A stretch of 35,204 nucleotides of DNA from a virus (IMGVR_UViG_3300010234_000034:1-35204); one strand, 5' to 3'; positions 18,810 to 28,133 are shown, counted from the first letter of the stretch. Numbers and translations are program-made. The notes: generated from the sequence alone by a model not told the origin.

Positions 18810-19415
18810 CTATTTGTCATTGTAAAACTTTTTCCCTTCCTTTGAGTTGGTCATGAATGCTCTCGCAATCTTAACTCTAGTCTTTCTGTCAGGTACTTGT
18901 TCTGCTGTTGGTGGCACACCCTTCGCAACCCAATATTCAGGTGTATTTTTGGCTCCTGATTGACCTCCTCCTCCGCCTTTTATGTCAGAGGTTGCTTCTA
19001 CGTTAGCTCGTGAGGTTCTAAGATCCTCAAGTTTAGTTTGGAAGTAGTCGTCATCAACGAGCTGATCCCAATCCATACCTGTTTTCTTCTGAATATCCTT
19101 TGCAAGTTCTACTTCATCTTCAGCTGTAACACCTGCTGACCGAAGATAAGTTTTTTCCAATAGTCCAAATTCGTTTGGTGCTTTTTTGTCATTTTCTACA
19201 GTTTTGTCTGCTTTTTTTGCTTCGTCATACAGTTCTTTGTATGTTTTGCCAGTGTCTGGGTCTACCGCTTTGTTCTTCCAGTTCTGACGTTGTGCATCTA
19301 GTGTCTTAACTTTAGACTCTAGTTCGTCATTTTGTGAAGTTTTGTCTTCTACAGTGTTTTGAGTGTCCTGTACCACTTCGTCATTTGTTTCCATAAGTTT
19401 TGTCTTATTAGTCAT
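18810..19415 (-). CDS. Capsid scaffolding protein
   Basis: Acidic helical protein immediately upstream of the capsid gene. Confidence 0.68.
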   Translation of the reverse strand: MTNKTKLMETNDEVVQDTQNTVEDKTSQNDELESKVKTLDAQRQNWKNKAVDPDTGKTYKELYDEAKKADKTVENDKKAPNEFGLLEKTYLRSAGVTAEDEVELAKDIQKKTGMDWDQLVDDDYFQTKLEDLRTSRANVEATSDIKGGGGGQSGAKNTPEYWVAKGVPPTAEQVPDRKTRVKIARAFMTNSKEGKKFYNDK

Positions 19416-19440
19416 TTGATGGGTTTTGTCCCTTAATAAA

Positions 19441-19977
19441 TTAGTCTGCTACTTGGAATGGTGCTACGAGTAGCATTACATCTGAGTCTGATTTCTTAAC
19501 AAACTTCAATGTTGCTCCTTCTAGTCCATTTACGATAACTGATCCTCCTTCTAATTCCTGCAAATCAACTCCAGTTCCAGCTGCGAATGTCACAGTTGAT
19601 GCTGCTGTTGAAGATGCGTTGTAGAAAGTAACTTCAAATGTCTGCCCTGTTTTCAGTCCAACAAGTGGTGCTGATGTTGAAGCCATTGTTGTAAGAGTTG
19701 TATTTACGTTTGGTGTCCATGAAATGTAACCAACCTTGTCTCTTAGTTCTGCTGTTGTAAGTGTGTATGTTGCTGCTGTTGAAGATGTTGCTACAACTTC
19801 TCCACCGTTCACAAAGTTTGAAAGGAAAAATTGTCTTTCTGTGTGGTCTGGCCCTGCGGCTACACCAAACTCTCTAACAACCTCCTTCGTAACCTCTACG
19901 CCTCCTGCATTGAAGTAAGCTACCAATGCAAATACTAAAGCTACTGCTGCGATTATTACGCCTAGATTCTTCTTCAT
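19441..19977 (-). CDS. Head decoration-like protein with N-terminal membrane anchor
   Basis: TM helix at about residues 5-22; YTLTTAEL...VTFAAGTGVDL beta domain; head module. Confidence 0.55.
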   Translation of the reverse strand: MKKNLGVIIAAVALVFALVAYFNAGGVEVTKEVVREFGVAAGPDHTERQFFLSNFVNGGEVVATSSTAATYTLTTAELRDKVGYISWTPNVNTTLTTMASTSAPLVGLKTGQTFEVTFYNASSTAASTVTFAAGTGVDLQELEGGSVIVNGLEGATLKFVKKSDSDVMLLVAPFQVAD

Positions 19978-19978
19978 A

Positions 19979-20095
19979 CTATTTCTTCTTTTTGTCTGAT
20001 AACTTGCTTCGACCTTTTTTCTTTGCCTCTACCTTCACTTCTGCGATTTGCTTATCTCGAAGTGATGGCATTCTTGCGTCTTCCAATGTTCCCAT
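19979..20095 (-). CDS. Small basic protein (38 aa, MGTLEDARMPSLRDKQ...KKKK)
   Basis: Translated by hand; fills the gap; TAGTATG junction with the next gene. Confidence 0.6.
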   Translation of the reverse strand: MGTLEDARMPSLRDKQIAEVKVEAKKKGRSKLSDKKKK

Positions 20096-20116
20096 AATAT
20101 TTCTATAAACTAATAA

Positions 20117-20761
20117 TTAAAGCCAATAAAGCGTTACGTCTAACGTGTTCGCTATTGTTGCATAACATCCTGAAGTAAATGATGCTTTACCAAGGTCGTG
20201 ATATCCAATCGCTGGTGTGATTGTGTTGTTTATCAGCGGTGCTGGTTCTGCTCCACCTTCCAATGTTGTTGCTCCCCACGTTGCGTTGGCTGCGGTTGTT
20301 GTGGTTGCTACTGTATTACCATCTGTTCCAACTGCCTTTGCGTCTACTACCTGTGTTGTGTCTGCGTTTGCCGCTCCGTCTACATCTGCGTTAGCTACTG
20401 TGTCAGAACCATAAGTTGTTCCTCCACCAGCTGACTTGTCTATAGCTGACTTTAGGTTGTCTAAAGAAGCTGCGGCTGATGCTCCAATAAGAACCTCGTT
20501 GGCTGCCTCCGATGTTGTAAGTGAAGACTTCATTGTATAGGTTTGTGTCCCTATTGTTATTGTCTCACCATCTGAGAAAACCCCAGTAGTCGTTATAGTT
20601 CCTGATGCTTTATCTCCTGCAGTTGTTGTTGTAAGACCATCTCCGAAACGGATTGTTCCAGTTGATGTACTGTTTACATACATACCGACTAAAATACCCT
20701 GCCCTGTTTTCACTTGGGCTGATGCACTTAGATTTGTGTAATTTGTTGCTTGATTTTCCAT
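20117..20761 (-). CDS. Putative head decoration/structural protein
   Basis: Thr/Ala/Gly-rich 214 aa; first gene after a promoter and structured leader. Confidence 0.6.
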   Translation of the reverse strand: MENQATNYTNLSASAQVKTGQGILVGMYVNSTSTGTIRFGDGLTTTTAGDKASGTITTTGVFSDGETITIGTQTYTMKSSLTTSEAANEVLIGASAAASLDNLKSAIDKSAGGGTTYGSDTVANADVDGAANADTTQVVDAKAVGTDGNTVATTTTAANATWGATTLEGGAEPAPLINNTITPAIGYHDLGKASFTSGCYATIANTLDVTLYWL

Positions 20762-20784
20762 AATAAAATAAGAGTTACCTTTTA

Positions 20785-20855
20785 GAGTAGCTCTGTGGAG
20801 TTCCTAATTGGTGTGAATTAGAAGCTCCAGAGAACTACCCTTTGTTTTCACACCC
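20785..20855 (-). promoter_or_regulatory. Structured 5' leader: 25-bp hairpin whose loop is complementary to upstream GGTGTGAA
   Basis: 23 of 25 positions pair, including 3 G-U on the minus strand; loop (TT)CACACC versus 20847-20854. Confidence 0.65.
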
Positions 20856-20875
20856 AAACGTATTAAGTTGACTAT

Positions 20876-20884
20876 ATTATAACA
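20876..20884 (-). promoter_or_regulatory. Extended -10 promoter of the head operon
   Basis: TGTTATAAT. Confidence 0.68.
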
Positions 20885-20912
20885 TGTTTTTTAATAATTC
20901 TATTTCTTCGAC

Positions 20913-21149
20913 CTATAAACCTATCTGTTTTGACTTCTTTTCAACCGACTCCTTCTCAATAACGAACTTTTTAAGCTCCTTAAAGGCATCTTCTAATAAA
21001 TCAGTTGCTATTTTGTGTGCCGCCAATACATGAACGTCATTATGTGGTACTGGCTTCAGGAATGCTCTCGTTATTATATCCATAACAGCCTCGGACATCT
21101 CCTTATCTGACATAAACAGTTTAACTTTCTCTCTTTTTAGAATGCTCAT
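20913..21149 (-). CDS. Small protein downstream of the portal gene
   Basis: 78-aa helical ORF; TAGTATG junction. Confidence 0.7.
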   Translation of the reverse strand: MSILKREKVKLFMSDKEMSEAVMDIITRAFLKPVPHNDVHVLAAHKIATDLLEDAFKELKKFVIEKESVEKKSKQIGL

Positions 21150-21150
21150 A

Positions 21151-22947
21151 CTATGCTTGTGGGGTTAATTGAGGTGCTTCAACTGGTGTTTCCTGAGGCT
21201 GTGGTAGTTCCATCTGTGAGATATTAGCAAAGTCTACTCCTGATATACCTGAGAATTCTAGTAGATCACCAAATGCTGATGACATACCTGGTATTTGCAT
21301 AACCTGTCGGAATCCTTGAGGGTTTGAGAACACAAACTGGAATATTGATAGGATTTTGTCTGACATAGCTGATAGGTTCTTCTGCTTTCCTGCGATGTTG
21401 ATACCCATTTTCACCTCTACTCCTCTGAATTCGTCCTTTAGTATCTCTATTAGGTGCTTGTTACCCTTCTTAGCGAAGTCTTCTGTGGCTTGTTCTCTAA
21501 ATGCTTCCACCTCCTGTTCTGACAGAACTATTCCGTCAAGCATGTTCCCCTTCTCAAATTCAAATACTTCATTGTCTATAACCCTTTCAGTAACCCATTT
21601 AAGCTCGTCTGATGTAAGTGTTGCTAGAAACTTCTTACCATTGATGATTTTCTTAACCATATCAGGGATAATCCAGTCTCGGTATATCTCTTCAAGGAAT
21701 TTAGCCCTTTGTCCCCTTCTTCTGTCGTGAATACCACGTCCTTGTTCAATAACTTGGTTCTGGCCTCTGAATGTTGTGCCTGAGTTAGCTTGTTTACCTA
21801 GTTGTGGGTCAAATGCTGAACCTGCTCCTTGTGCTTGTTCATACCATGAGTTAATACTCTGTTCGAACAGTTGCACCTTATTGCCGTCCATTGTGGGGAT
21901 AATGCCTATTCTCTTGCCATCTGCGATGGTAGTTATCTCTAGGTTTTCCATGTCCTGAATCTGGTTTCGGTCTGTGAATCCTTCGTCATCTGTCCATAGA
22001 GGTGATTTAGATCCAGCTTCCAACATACCCATCTTGTGAATCTCTAGGAAGTTTGTCCATATCTGTGGCTGTACTAGGCTCTCTCCTATACCTGAACCAA
22101 GTGCTCGATTGTGGACTTTCTTTGATGTGTGGAATTTAAGGTCGTTAGAATCAGCTTTCTTTCGGTATAGCGTTACTCCCTCCTCTTTGTTGTTCTTTCC
22201 TGTGTAGAAACCAACAATGTGAAGTTGGTATGAGTAATCCTCCATATTATCGTTGTCCTTTAGGAATGCCTCTGGGAAGTCTCCTCTTACTATGTAAACT
22301 TCAATATTTTTACCGCTAGTCTGGTTTTTCTTTGTTCCAAACTGTCCTGATGGGTCTTTTTCTGGTGTTGCAAGGGTAATAAGCTCCTCTAGTGAGATAG
22401 TTGCACCGTTCTTTTCGTCTCCCCACCCCCTTGAGGCTGTTTGTCTTAGTTTGCTTGGTGAGAATGAGAACTTGAATCCCATTGGACCTCCCATAGCATC
22501 TGTCTGGTCTGCGAATGCTACTGATGGAAGGAATACAACCTCTGGCTTCTTAGCTCCCTTTTGCACCATAACGCCTCCATAATCAACGTCATCTTCTGTT
22601 ATTTCGTCAAATAGTGTGTCTAGGTTGTTCTCCTTAACATATACCTCGTCGTGGTATTTCTTTATTAAAAAGGATAGTACACGCCCCGTTTTGTTTTCTA
22701 TATAAAATATAACGTCCTTTACCTCTATGTCCTCTGACCAATAAGCCAGATTTAAGATACCTTCAAACACATTCTTGAATGGTCGTAGGTAATCGTTTTC
22801 TCCTGTGAAGAATTTACTGTTCTTTAGGTGGAAGATCATCTGAACGTGGTTCTTCATGTTCCACAGCCAGTTATCGCCTACTCTAACCTCGTCTGTCTCA
22901 TAAGCCCTCTCCTGGTCTTTAATGTACTCGTATATATTATTTTTCAT
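21151..22947 (-). CDS. Portal protein
   Basis: 598 aa between TerL and the head genes; Gln/Pro-rich C-terminal tail typical of P22-like portals. Confidence 0.78.
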   Translation of the reverse strand: MKNNIYEYIKDQERAYETDEVRVGDNWLWNMKNHVQMIFHLKNSKFFTGENDYLRPFKNVFEGILNLAYWSEDIEVKDVIFYIENKTGRVLSFLIKKYHDEVYVKENNLDTLFDEITEDDVDYGGVMVQKGAKKPEVVFLPSVAFADQTDAMGGPMGFKFSFSPSKLRQTASRGWGDEKNGATISLEELITLATPEKDPSGQFGTKKNQTSGKNIEVYIVRGDFPEAFLKDNDNMEDYSYQLHIVGFYTGKNNKEEGVTLYRKKADSNDLKFHTSKKVHNRALGSGIGESLVQPQIWTNFLEIHKMGMLEAGSKSPLWTDDEGFTDRNQIQDMENLEITTIADGKRIGIIPTMDGNKVQLFEQSINSWYEQAQGAGSAFDPQLGKQANSGTTFRGQNQVIEQGRGIHDRRRGQRAKFLEEIYRDWIIPDMVKKIINGKKFLATLTSDELKWVTERVIDNEVFEFEKGNMLDGIVLSEQEVEAFREQATEDFAKKGNKHLIEILKDEFRGVEVKMGINIAGKQKNLSAMSDKILSIFQFVFSNPQGFRQVMQIPGMSSAFGDLLEFSGISGVDFANISQMELPQPQETPVEAPQLTPQA

Positions 22948-23200
22948 TGAACAAGTCTTTAGGGAATAATAGAGATATGTTCTTGTGAGCTATCTCTTTA
23001 ACCAAACGACTTGATGCTCCCCACACACCTTGGGCTAGTCGTGGTTGGATCATTTTTTCTACTGTCTTTTTACCGTCTGTTAAAGTCAAAAGACCCAGTC
23101 CTCTTACGAGTGTGGGTTCTAGGTTTAATATTGCCTCCTGAACGGTCTTTCCTTTAGCTTCTGAGGTTCTACCCATTAGCTTTAGCGTTGATTTTATCAT
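22937..23200 (-). CDS. Hypothetical protein
   Basis: 87-aa ORF overlapping both neighbours. Confidence 0.65.
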   Translation of the reverse strand: MIKSTLKLMGRTSEAKGKTVQEAILNLEPTLVRGLGLLTLTDGKKTVEKMIQPRLAQGVWGASSRLVKEIAHKNISLLFPKDLFNEK

Positions 23201-23421
23201 AATGATATTCCTAGGTCTCTTATGTTGACGTATTTACCTCCTCCGAGTTCATCGTATACCTGCAATTCACTCTTTCTAGCTCTCTTTGGCGGTATTACCT
23301 TTGAATCTATCTCTTTTGCAATAGCTAATCTCTGCTCGTTGCAAGGAGGACAATAATAAGGCTCTACGTCATCAGAATCGTAGGCTGTCTTGCACTTTAT
23401 ACATTGAGGACGATACTTCAT
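23197..23421 (-). CDS. Zn-ribbon protein
   Basis: CIKC...CPPC; start moved to ATG 23421, 6 nt after TGTTATAAT (23428-23436). Confidence 0.65.
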   Translation of the reverse strand: MKYRPQCIKCKTAYDSDDVEPYYCPPCNEQRLAIAKEIDSKVIPPKRARKSELQVYDELGGGKYVNIRDLGISL

Positions 23422-23440
23422 GGACATATTATAACACAAA

Positions 23441-23914
23441 TTATTTAGTCAAGAAAGAAAATATCTTTTCCCAACCTTCTATTAAACGATAATCTTCAAA
23501 TATTTCTTCTCCAGCCTTGATCTTTTTAAGTGCTTTGTCGTTCTTAGCATCATAGTTTGGTTTATCTGAATGGTTACAATAAGCCTGTAGCCTAGTTACT
23601 GGGAATATGAAGTGTGAGCCTGTTATTACGTTAGGCCACATACCTAGTATCTCCTCTGCTATCTCTGGGCGTAGTAGCTTGAACTTCTTGTAGGGTATAT
23701 CAAACTGGTGGTTTATTATGTCTGCATACAAAGTCTCCCCTTTCTTGATGTCTCTCATGGCAAATAACCCCACTCCATGCACCTCAGAAGCCCCTAGACG
23801 GGTTTTAATAGACTTATTCAACATGTCTATCGCCTGTTTAGTTTTCAGCTCTCTACGGAGCTTTTCTTTCTTCTCGGCTTGTTTATTCTGATTTATTTGC
23901 TTCTTTTTCTTCAT
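23441..23914 (-). CDS. SET-domain protein (putative lysine methyltransferase)
   Basis: HGVGLFAMRDIKKGE, YCNHSDKPN and IKAGEEIFEDY are the SET motifs. Confidence 0.88.
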   Translation of the reverse strand: MKKKKQINQNKQAEKKEKLRRELKTKQAIDMLNKSIKTRLGASEVHGVGLFAMRDIKKGETLYADIINHQFDIPYKKFKLLRPEIAEEILGMWPNVITGSHFIFPVTRLQAYCNHSDKPNYDAKNDKALKKIKAGEEIFEDYRLIEGWEKIFSFLTK

Positions 23915-24149
23915 TGATTTTTTTGATTATCATCATTTGTCCCATAATACGCTTCCACTCCATGTATTCACGAGCATCTTTGAACCCCAGCTCTCGCATC
24001 TTCTTGGCTCGTTCTTTTGCTATACCCTGACACTCCTTACACTTTTGCCATACAGCAACCTTCCTGTGTTTGTGGCTTGAGGGCATATATAACTGGCGCT
24101 CTATCTCCTCATAGCATTTAGGGTCTTTTAGTTTCTTTTGTATGTTCAT
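23883..24149 (-). CDS. Hypothetical basic protein (HxH...CxxC)
   Basis: 88-aa ORF; TAATAT 6 nt upstream of the ATG. Confidence 0.65.
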   Translation of the reverse strand: MNIQKKLKDPKCYEEIERQLYMPSSHKHRKVAVWQKCKECQGIAKERAKKMRELGFKDAREYMEWKRIMGQMMIIKKINEEKEANKSE

Positions 24150-24282
24150 AATCCTATATTACGCTTCTTAGGCTTTTGCTTTCTAATAACGTGCTTACAA
24201 CTATCCCACCCCTCGACACAGCAACGTGGAATAATCACATTTGTTCCTACTGGTTGTTTTGGTTGTTCTTTGTCCTTTTCCA

Positions 24283-25482
24283 TTATAGTGCAACGTTAGT
24301 TTTAGCTCTAGGTGGTCTATTACCCGCTTGTATTATATTCTCTCGCCTTCTCATTACTGGCATAAGTGAGTTTATACCGTATCTAAGTGCGTCTAGGCAG
24401 TGGTCGTTACCATCTACGGGTTTCCCTGCTATCAACTTCCCGTCTTTATCTGATTGCCATAGGTAGTTACGATATTCCTTCAATAAGTGTGTGCTCCTAC
24501 GAGTAACAGTTATCTTCTGGGCTTGAACAGCCTTTATACCGTGTCTTACACTATCCGCTCCCTTCTTTGTCGGTAGTATATTGATACCAAATGAACTGAT
24601 CTCAGCGATACTTTTAGGCTCAGCACTATCTGCTACAACCAACGCCCTGTCCATGTTCTTGATCGTGTTAGCTATCTCTCGGTTAGAAGCCTCTGTTTGA
24701 TACATTACCTCATCTAGTATATACCCTCCGTTTAAGTAATAAATAGCAACAATAGCTACTGGGTCTGGGTAATATCCAAAGTCTAATCCGTAACGCTCCA
24801 GTCGTGCCTCGTGTGGTATCTCATCAATAATGTTCCAGCCCCTGTATATCCTTGATTCTATCTCCCCTAGCTGTCCTAAACCGTATACCTTCCACCAGTT
24901 AACGTCTGGTTTGTGCGATTCAATAGACTCAACAATAGATTTAGGCAATACCTCTAGGCAGTCTAGGTATGTAAGTGTTAAAAAGTCGTGGTCTCGGTTG
25001 TTCTGTATCTTCTCGTAATACCAGAATTCGTTAGAGGGGTTCCAGTCTAGCCACACTACCTCCTTGGTTCTAGGCTCTATCTGGTCGAATACTTCCCATG
25101 TCATAGCGTGGTTTGCCTCGTTTATAAAAGCCACGTCCCTTCTTGGCCCTTTAGCTTTACCTATCTTGTCTACAGCAATGAACTTAATCTGTGATTTGGT
25201 GCTGAACGTATATACCTTGTCAGTAGAGTTCCACCTTGAGTCCTCCCAGTAGCCCTGAGCCAACATAATAGATTGGAAGTCCCTTATAGCTCCGTCTTTG
25301 AGGTGTGGGTATGATTCAGCGAATATGTCTATCTTCTTATTCTTCTGTGTTTGAGCGTAGTCAATACACCATACAAGAATGGATATAGTTTTAGATGCAG
25401 ACGTTCCTCCACAGACTGCTCTAATCCTTTTTTTCAGTGCGAAGATCTTCTTCGTCGCTGTTGTGTCCTGAAATTCCGCCAT
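24283..25482 (-). CDS. terL: Terminase large subunit (PBSX-like)
   Basis: GGTSASKT Walker A, FINEAN Walker B, DWNP, GLDFG, ADSAEP and DHCLDALRY nuclease motifs; ATG 25482 preferred over GTG 25512. Confidence 0.95.
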   Translation of the reverse strand: MAEFQDTTATKKIFALKKRIRAVCGGTSASKTISILVWCIDYAQTQKNKKIDIFAESYPHLKDGAIRDFQSIMLAQGYWEDSRWNSTDKVYTFSTKSQIKFIAVDKIGKAKGPRRDVAFINEANHAMTWEVFDQIEPRTKEVVWLDWNPSNEFWYYEKIQNNRDHDFLTLTYLDCLEVLPKSIVESIESHKPDVNWWKVYGLGQLGEIESRIYRGWNIIDEIPHEARLERYGLDFGYYPDPVAIVAIYYLNGGYILDEVMYQTEASNREIANTIKNMDRALVVADSAEPKSIAEISSFGINILPTKKGADSVRHGIKAVQAQKITVTRRSTHLLKEYRNYLWQSDKDGKLIAGKPVDGNDHCLDALRYGINSLMPVMRRRENIIQAGNRPPRAKTNVAL

Positions 25483-25783
25483 ATATTGGTGTTTGTATTG
25501 TTTCCCCTCCACTTGTTATGTCCATCTTTTGTTGTGGCATACCGTCCATATAGTTCCATACTAACCTGCGAAGGGCAGTATCACCTGACTTAATAGCGTC
25601 TGCTACGACCTTTTTAGCTAATACCTGCTCCATAGTAAGCTCGTTACCGTCATCATCTTTTATACCTGACATAACCGATAAAGCCTCCTTCACTATAGTT
25701 GTGAAGCTCCTTGCACCAGTTCTCCTACCTTCTGTATTCCTTCTGGGGTCATCTCCTTTTTTAAATGGTACTCCTCTTGTCAT
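25421..25783 (-). CDS. terS: Terminase small subunit
   Basis: PFKKGDDPRRNTEGR N-terminus and DGMPQQKMDITSGGE C-terminus; overlaps the terL start. Confidence 0.75.
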   Translation of the reverse strand: MTRGVPFKKGDDPRRNTEGRRTGARSFTTIVKEALSVMSGIKDDDGNELTMEQVLAKKVVADAIKSGDTALRRLVWNYMDGMPQQKMDITSGGETIQTPIYGGISGHNSDEEDLRTEKKD

Positions 25784-25784
25784 T

Positions 25785-26996
25785 TTACAGCTTTTTAGCA
25801 GTTAATCCTGTATAATCCTCCCATCTTTTTACTATTACATCTACATATTTAGGGTCTAGTTCCATTCCATAACATATTCTACCTGTCTTCTCTGCCGCTA
25901 TTAGTGTGCTACCGCTTCCTAGGAAAGTATCAAGGACAACGTCCTCACTCTTGGAGCTGTTTACAATTTGTTTTTGCAATAGCTCAACGGGTTTCATTGT
26001 TGGATGTTCTGCGTTCCTTGATGGTTTGGCGTGGTCTACGACACTCAAGTTCTTTCTCTCTTGTCTTTTAAGCTGTTTCTTAAACCAAATAAATGCCTTC
26101 CTATCATCCTCTGGCACTTTCAGAACAGTTGTCTTGTCTCTGCTTCCATACCACGTGTGAGACGCCCCCTCTCTCCATCCATACAAACATGGTTCGTGTT
26201 TCCACTGGTAGTCTTGTCTTCCCATTACCAGACTGTTCTTGTTCCAAATGATGCACTGTCTAACAACAAACCCCGCGTCCTTACAAGCATTTCTGAAATT
26301 ATAACCCTCGCTGTCTGCGTGCCATATATAAAACGATGCTCCCAGCTTCATTACCTCCGCCATTCTGTTGAAAGCGTCTGTAAGAAATGTCTTGAAGCTA
26401 CTATCATCCATGCTGTCATTCTCTATCTTGAGTCCCGTCCCTCCTTCGTAATCTACATTGTATGGAGGGTCTGTTACTACAAGGTCCGCCTTCTTCCCCT
26501 CCATCAGCTTCTCTACATCCTCTATCTTTGTACTGTCTCCACACATTACTCGGTGTTCTCCCAATAAGTATATATCTCCTAGCTTTGCTGTGGGTTCTTC
26601 TGGTAGCTCTGGCACTTCGTCATCCTTTTCATCTGGTTCTATAAGTAGGTCTGTATCAAAGCCTGTTAGCTCAAACAAATCCTCTGGTAGTTCTTTCAAG
26701 TCCTCCATTGCTAACTCCATATCCCAGTCGCTCTCGTTTAGTTTGTTGTCGGCTAGTCTATAAGCACTTGCTTGGTCTTTAGTGAGGTCTGCTACTTTAA
26801 TATCTGGCTCTGTTAAGCCGTAGTTCTCTCCGTATTTCTGATACGCAAACCACCTGCCGTGTCCTACGATAATCACACCTTTCTTGTCTACTACGATAGG
26901 TTGTTGCCACCCGAACTCTTTAATACTCTCAGCTATTAGCTTGAGCTGTTTATCGGGGTGCTTCTTTGCGTTTTTAGGATAGGGTTTAATTTCCAT
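25785..26996 (-). CDS. ParB-like N-terminal domain fused to an N6A/N4C DNA methyltransferase
   Basis: SIKEFGWQQPIVVD...GHGR (ParB-N); TDPPY, HPTMKP and DTFLGSGST (beta-class MTase). Confidence 0.93.
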   Translation of the reverse strand: MEIKPYPKNAKKHPDKQLKLIAESIKEFGWQQPIVVDKKGVIIVGHGRWFAYQKYGENYGLTEPDIKVADLTKDQASAYRLADNKLNESDWDMELAMEDLKELPEDLFELTGFDTDLLIEPDEKDDEVPELPEEPTAKLGDIYLLGEHRVMCGDSTKIEDVEKLMEGKKADLVVTDPPYNVDYEGGTGLKIENDSMDDSSFKTFLTDAFNRMAEVMKLGASFYIWHADSEGYNFRNACKDAGFVVRQCIIWNKNSLVMGRQDYQWKHEPCLYGWREGASHTWYGSRDKTTVLKVPEDDRKAFIWFKKQLKRQERKNLSVVDHAKPSRNAEHPTMKPVELLQKQIVNSSKSEDVVLDTFLGSGSTLIAAEKTGRICYGMELDPKYVDVIVKRWEDYTGLTAKKL

Positions 26997-27240
26997 ATAA
27001 CCTGTCCATTATCTTCTCTACCAGTGAGGGTTTCTTTACTGTTGGTGCTTCAAGGATGTCCTTAATCCTCTTGTCTAGACCTTTGCGTCCTATGAACTTA
27101 GCATTGAGTTTCTTCTGACTCTCAATCTTTCTGTTCAGTCCAGTTATCTCTGCTTTGAGACCCTCAACCTGTTTCACCAAAGGAAAGAAGCTGTTAAGCA
27201 TGAATTTATCGTGTTGTTCTGCTAGTTTTTTAACGTCCAT
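26986..27240 (-). CDS. Hypothetical coiled-coil protein
   Basis: 84-aa ORF coupled to neighbours. Confidence 0.65.
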   Translation of the reverse strand: MDVKKLAEQHDKFMLNSFFPLVKQVEGLKAEITGLNRKIESQKKLNAKFIGRKGLDKRIKDILEAPTVKKPSLVEKIMDRLYGN

Positions 27241-27430
27241 GTGTATATATTTTTTCTATTAAATTTGCTTGAAAGGTTCTATAGGAGTAAGCATCTGGGA
27301 ATTCCACTACATATCTTCGCTCTCGATTGCTATCTAACGTAAATTCTACGTCCCTTTCTACACCTCCCATCATTTCAAGACTTCTTGACCATGTTTTGAG
27401 TAGTTCAAGCTCGGTTCTCTCGCTTATCAT
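27230..27430 (-). CDS. Hypothetical protein
   Basis: 66-aa ORF; TATAAT (27437-27442) 6 nt upstream of the ATG. Confidence 0.65.
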   Translation of the reverse strand: MISERTELELLKTWSRSLEMMGGVERDVEFTLDSNRERRYVVEFPDAYSYRTFQANLIEKIYTHGR

Positions 27431-27457
27431 GGCTATATTATACTACATTTCCACCAT

Positions 27458-27766
27458 TTAGTCATGTCTACATCCTCCACAGAGGCCTCCCTTTGATTTC
27501 CCTGCGTATTTACTTTTTAATAATATCCCACAGTCTTTACAGAACCTCTTTGTACATAAATCACACCTATGGCCGAACTTGTTTAGCTTTATCTTATAAC
27601 ACGACGGGCATCTCTTCTTTCTAGTTTTGCCTTGATCTTTCAGATCCCACGCTTTCAATGTTTCGTAGACCCTTTTACCAGTAGTGTGAAGAGCTATGGC
27701 TATTTCTGATTGAGAACACCCTTTAAGGCGTAGTACCAGTGCTTTTTGTAAAGTTTCTGTTTTCAT
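27458..27766 (-). CDS. HTH plus Cys-rich Zn-finger protein (putative transcription regulator)
   Basis: LRLKGCSQSEIAIAL HTH; four CxxC pairs. Confidence 0.6.
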   Translation of the reverse strand: MKTETLQKALVLRLKGCSQSEIAIALHTTGKRVYETLKAWDLKDQGKTRKKRCPSCYKIKLNKFGHRCDLCTKRFCKDCGILLKSKYAGKSKGGLCGGCRHD

Positions 27767-28133
27767 TAGTGTAATGTTCTATTTTGTCTAAGTACCATTC
27801 TCTTTCTACCTTATGCCCCATTTCTAGTGTTCTGCGGAGTTTTAGGTTGTCTACGTGTTCTTGGCCGTATTCTGAGATCATAAATGCTTCATAATTCACC
27901 CAGTTACCCGATAAGTTGATATTGCAGTGATAGCACTGTGCATGGACGTTGGTTTCATCGAAATAAAGTTTGGCTGTACACGTTGCTCCAGTAATAAAAT
28001 GTCCTGCGTGCATACCTGATCCTGTAGCTTCTCTACCACAAGTTACGCAAGTGTATCTGTCACGTTCCCTGATGTATTTAGAAAATAATTTCCACAGCTT
28101 TTTCTTGAGTTTCGTTATTGTTAGAGGTTTCAC
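27723..28133 (-). CDS. ninG: NinG/Rap-like recombination endonuclease
   Basis: FSKYIRERD..CVTCG..HAGHF..NVHAQCYHCN; TGTTATAAT at 28141-28149. Confidence 0.85.
   Translation of the reverse strand: MKPLTITKLKKKLWKLFSKYIRERDRYTCVTCGREATGSGMHAGHFITGATCTAKLYFDETNVHAQCYHCNINLSGNWVNYEAFMISEYGQEHVDNLKLRRTLEMGHKVEREWYLDKIEHYTNENRNFTKSTGTTP

Noticed and set aside
25785-26996. ParB-MTase as a partitioning or restriction-modification system
   Set aside because: This fusion is common directly upstream of phage terminase genes; no ParA or cognate endonuclease is adjacent
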